Positions 61,423 through 64,000 of a DNA stretch of 64,000 nucleotides are shown here, one piece after another. Position 1 is the first letter of the stretch. The number at the start of each line of letters is the position of its first letter. The position numbers and the translations under genes were made by a program. The DNA is from Selaginella moellendorffii. Lineage: Eukaryota; Plantae; Lycopodiophyta. Location of the stretch: contig NW_003314355.1 in NCBI RefSeq assembly GCF_000143415.4, forward strand, positions 329,410-393,409. Reading direction: 5' to 3'. The notes beneath the pieces are model-generated. The model was not told the origin of the DNA. It did no database searches and saw only the letters and a list, made by a program, of their open reading frames with translations.

Positions 61423-64000
61423 GCCCATGAGGTGTTAGAAAGGGTTATAGCATTCACTTGTTATGGCTTGTTGGTTTATTTGTTAACATTTGGAGTAGAT
61501 TGTTGGATAGAGAAGATGTGTAGTTGAAGCATTGACATCATTAGCACTTGTGTTAGTGGAAGTGGCATTATTATTTTGAGTGATGAGGAATTTTCCTTAG
61601 ATCTTGATTTTTCATGTCATTTTTCTTATTAGTGTTTTTGGCTTCATATTGGATCTTGAAGGTGGTTGAAGAAAAATGTTAGTGCAATATGGATATTTGA
61701 AAAAATGGTTTTTGTGATCAGACCTTGGATGTTTATTTTGTATTTTACGGATATTGGTGTTGGATATCGAAAATATGGGTATGATATTCAATGCTTAAGC
61801 ATACTATAGGTTTTGAGAATTTGTGTTGAGGTGAACCTATGTGAAGTTATTAGTAAGAGGAAGTTGGTTGAGCCTAGAAAGTTTGCATTCCTGGACTGAG
61901 AGTCATTCTTTCTCTAGGATGGAAAATTTTTTCTACAAATTTTCTTAGACTTTTCCAATGGCTGATTTATTGATCACTTTGCTCAAAAACCATTCTGTTT
62001 TCGTAAGTTAATACAAACTATTCAAGGGGTTGGAGTTGACTTTAGTTGACTTAAGCCTTAGAAGGTAGTTTGTATGATGCGTCAAAAGGGATGTTGATTT
62101 TTAGGGTTAAAGCAATTGAGTTGGATAGAGTCTGGAGTTGGTGTAAAAAGGTGGCCATTGCACTTTTTTAGAAAGATGACCCTTGTGCTTTTCTTTTGTA
62201 GCGTTATGCTTGGTGGTAAGTTGCACTTTACATTTCATTATACTTTATGAGAGTAGTGAGCTCTCATTAATCTTGATTTGGTTTTGGTAGCTTTGCGCTT
62301 TGGCTAAGGATAGTGATATCCAGCTTAATTGTTTGAAGTTGAGATGTTGGTACTCGTACTATAGCTTTTTCTATGAAGAGGTTATGTGCCAATATGAGTC
62401 CATCTCATGATCTTCACTTTAGTTTTGACTAAATGTTGATTATGTATAGCTAGCCTCTTCCAGGCATGCTCAGAGCTATTGGCTTAACACATTAGTAAGC
62501 TTATTGCGGTTGAATTGGGTTCAAGTGGTCATTTAGTTCATGCTTGTCTATGAACTTTTATCTCGTATCTGAGGTATTATGTTCATGTTGGACAAGTATA
62601 TAATTTAATGATGTGAGTTTAGTGTTGGGTCTTGTGAAGGCAAGTTGAAAAGTGATTTTTGGTTGCTCTGTAACTAGTGATTGCTTGTAGACTTTGTTAA
62701 GGACTGTTTAACACTTGTTTCGCTTGATGATGATTTAGTAATGATGGGCTTGCTTTATGGGATGGTGTTGTGGAGGATCGTGTCGTTAGACTTACATGGT
62801 TTTTCTATATTGGCATATTGACTCTACTTTTGTCGATATCATTTAGTTGCATTTAGTTTGTAGTGTTGGATTTCATTGAGTTTTGGATGTGGTAATTCAC
62901 TCCTTGAGGAAGTGTTATATGAAGCTGAGTATTGTTGGAGGATAAGTCTCAGATACTGACTAAGGTATCTTCGACTTTGGTCAGCTTAATTATTAGAGAG
63001 TTTTGGGTGGTGATTCACTCTTGCTTTCTTCTAGCTTTGTTCTAATGTTGATGTCATTGAAGTGATGCTTTGTCGTTGACATTATTGATGTTGAGATTCA
63101 AATGAAATGAAATATCTCTCTTTAGGAGTGATATTAAGTTTCATTAGTCTTGATGGAGATAGTGTTGATGATTTGGCTTTAGCTTTGTGTTGTTGGCATT
63201 CATGCATTTGCTAATTAGTAACTGTATTGACGTTTAAACGAATTGAGTGGCAAATTTGAGTTAATCGTGTTCTAGACGAGATTGTTTAAAAGGGGTTGAG
63301 CTTTGAGCTTTTCCTTGAAAAGTGATTTAGTCGTTGACTATACTAGCTTTACAAGCGGAAGAGTTAGTGATCGATATTGGAATGTTTAAATCCTTATTAG
63401 ATTTGAGTTGGGATATATTGATTATTGATGATTCTTCTTGAGCTTGTTATGAAGTGCATTACGTCTTATTATAGATGGATTCATGGAAGATCAATTTTAT
63501 GATCACTTGTTGAGCATAACTTTATTGTGCTTGGCTTTTGGATTGATGTAGATATACTCTTCATTAGCTTTGCATTATAAAGTTTCACTTATGGATGTGT
63601 TGAGGAGGATATTATGGATTGTGCTATGTTTTCTTCTTTAGTATTGAAATTAATTCATGCAAAACTTGTGATCATTATTAGGCAAGATTTGGCTATACGT
63701 TTCTTTGAGCTTTTGGTTTTTTGAGTTTTCATGCTCATTATTCTATTTGTTCAGAGTTGTTGGGGGAAGGCAATTTTGGCTCTTTAGCTTTGATGTTGAA
63801 GTTAGTATTTGCATATGGCAATCATTGGTGATGATTGATTATCATCTTAGATAGTTGATTATCCTTGTCAGTGGTTTTGCTTGATTATTGTTAATTTAGA
63901 ATGATTCACTATTCTTCGAGATGGTAGATTTTTTCTTTGACAATAATTATGCATCTTTTTATTGATGGGATGATTGATGATCTTTCATAATAGTTAATTA
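61423..64000 (+). mobile_element. Heavily degenerate retroelement sequence (gypsy-like integrase relics near 61900-62320)
   Basis: WKIFSTNF, IDHF, AIELDR and GKLHF occur in the order of W..ISMDF / VDRFSK / IVSDRD / GTKL.FS. No ORFs; T/G-rich. Confidence 0.5.

Overview
Gene-dense eukaryotic (land plant) nuclear DNA. Very short introns (about 45-80 nt), tight gene spacing, the PLS-type PPR genes and a centriole-type Sfi1-like gene point to a lycophyte such as Selaginella (inference). Intact genes: kelch/DUF4110 protein, GT31 galectin-galactosyltransferase, CBP20 (with an AT-AC U12 intron), KDM5/JMJ demethylase, P-class and PLS-class PPRs, PP2C, a single-domain PDI-like thioredoxin, TMEM41/VTT protein, GH3, EMSY-like protein, HAKAI, CCT5, Sfi1-like protein, LPA1-like protein, alkaline ceramidase-like protein and a tRNA-Cys(GCA). 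Three islands of decayed gene fragments lie between them: PDR ABC transporter; PPR, DnaJ and a Crinkler-like SAM+NTPase locus; MSH7 and PPR-DYW. From 57.4 kb to the end is a nest of LTR retrotransposons, with one more LTR copy at 28 kb. Best leads: (1) several same-strand gene pairs with almost no spacer, including an ATGA stop/start overlap joining a PPR to a PP2C, which suggests bicistronic or coupled expression; (2) a fungal/oomycete-type Crinkler-like NTPase relic with a 189-bp in-frame insertion, templated from 1.7 kb away, just after its Walker A motif; (3) an Sfi1 homolog. All exon models were built by eye and no database searches were run.
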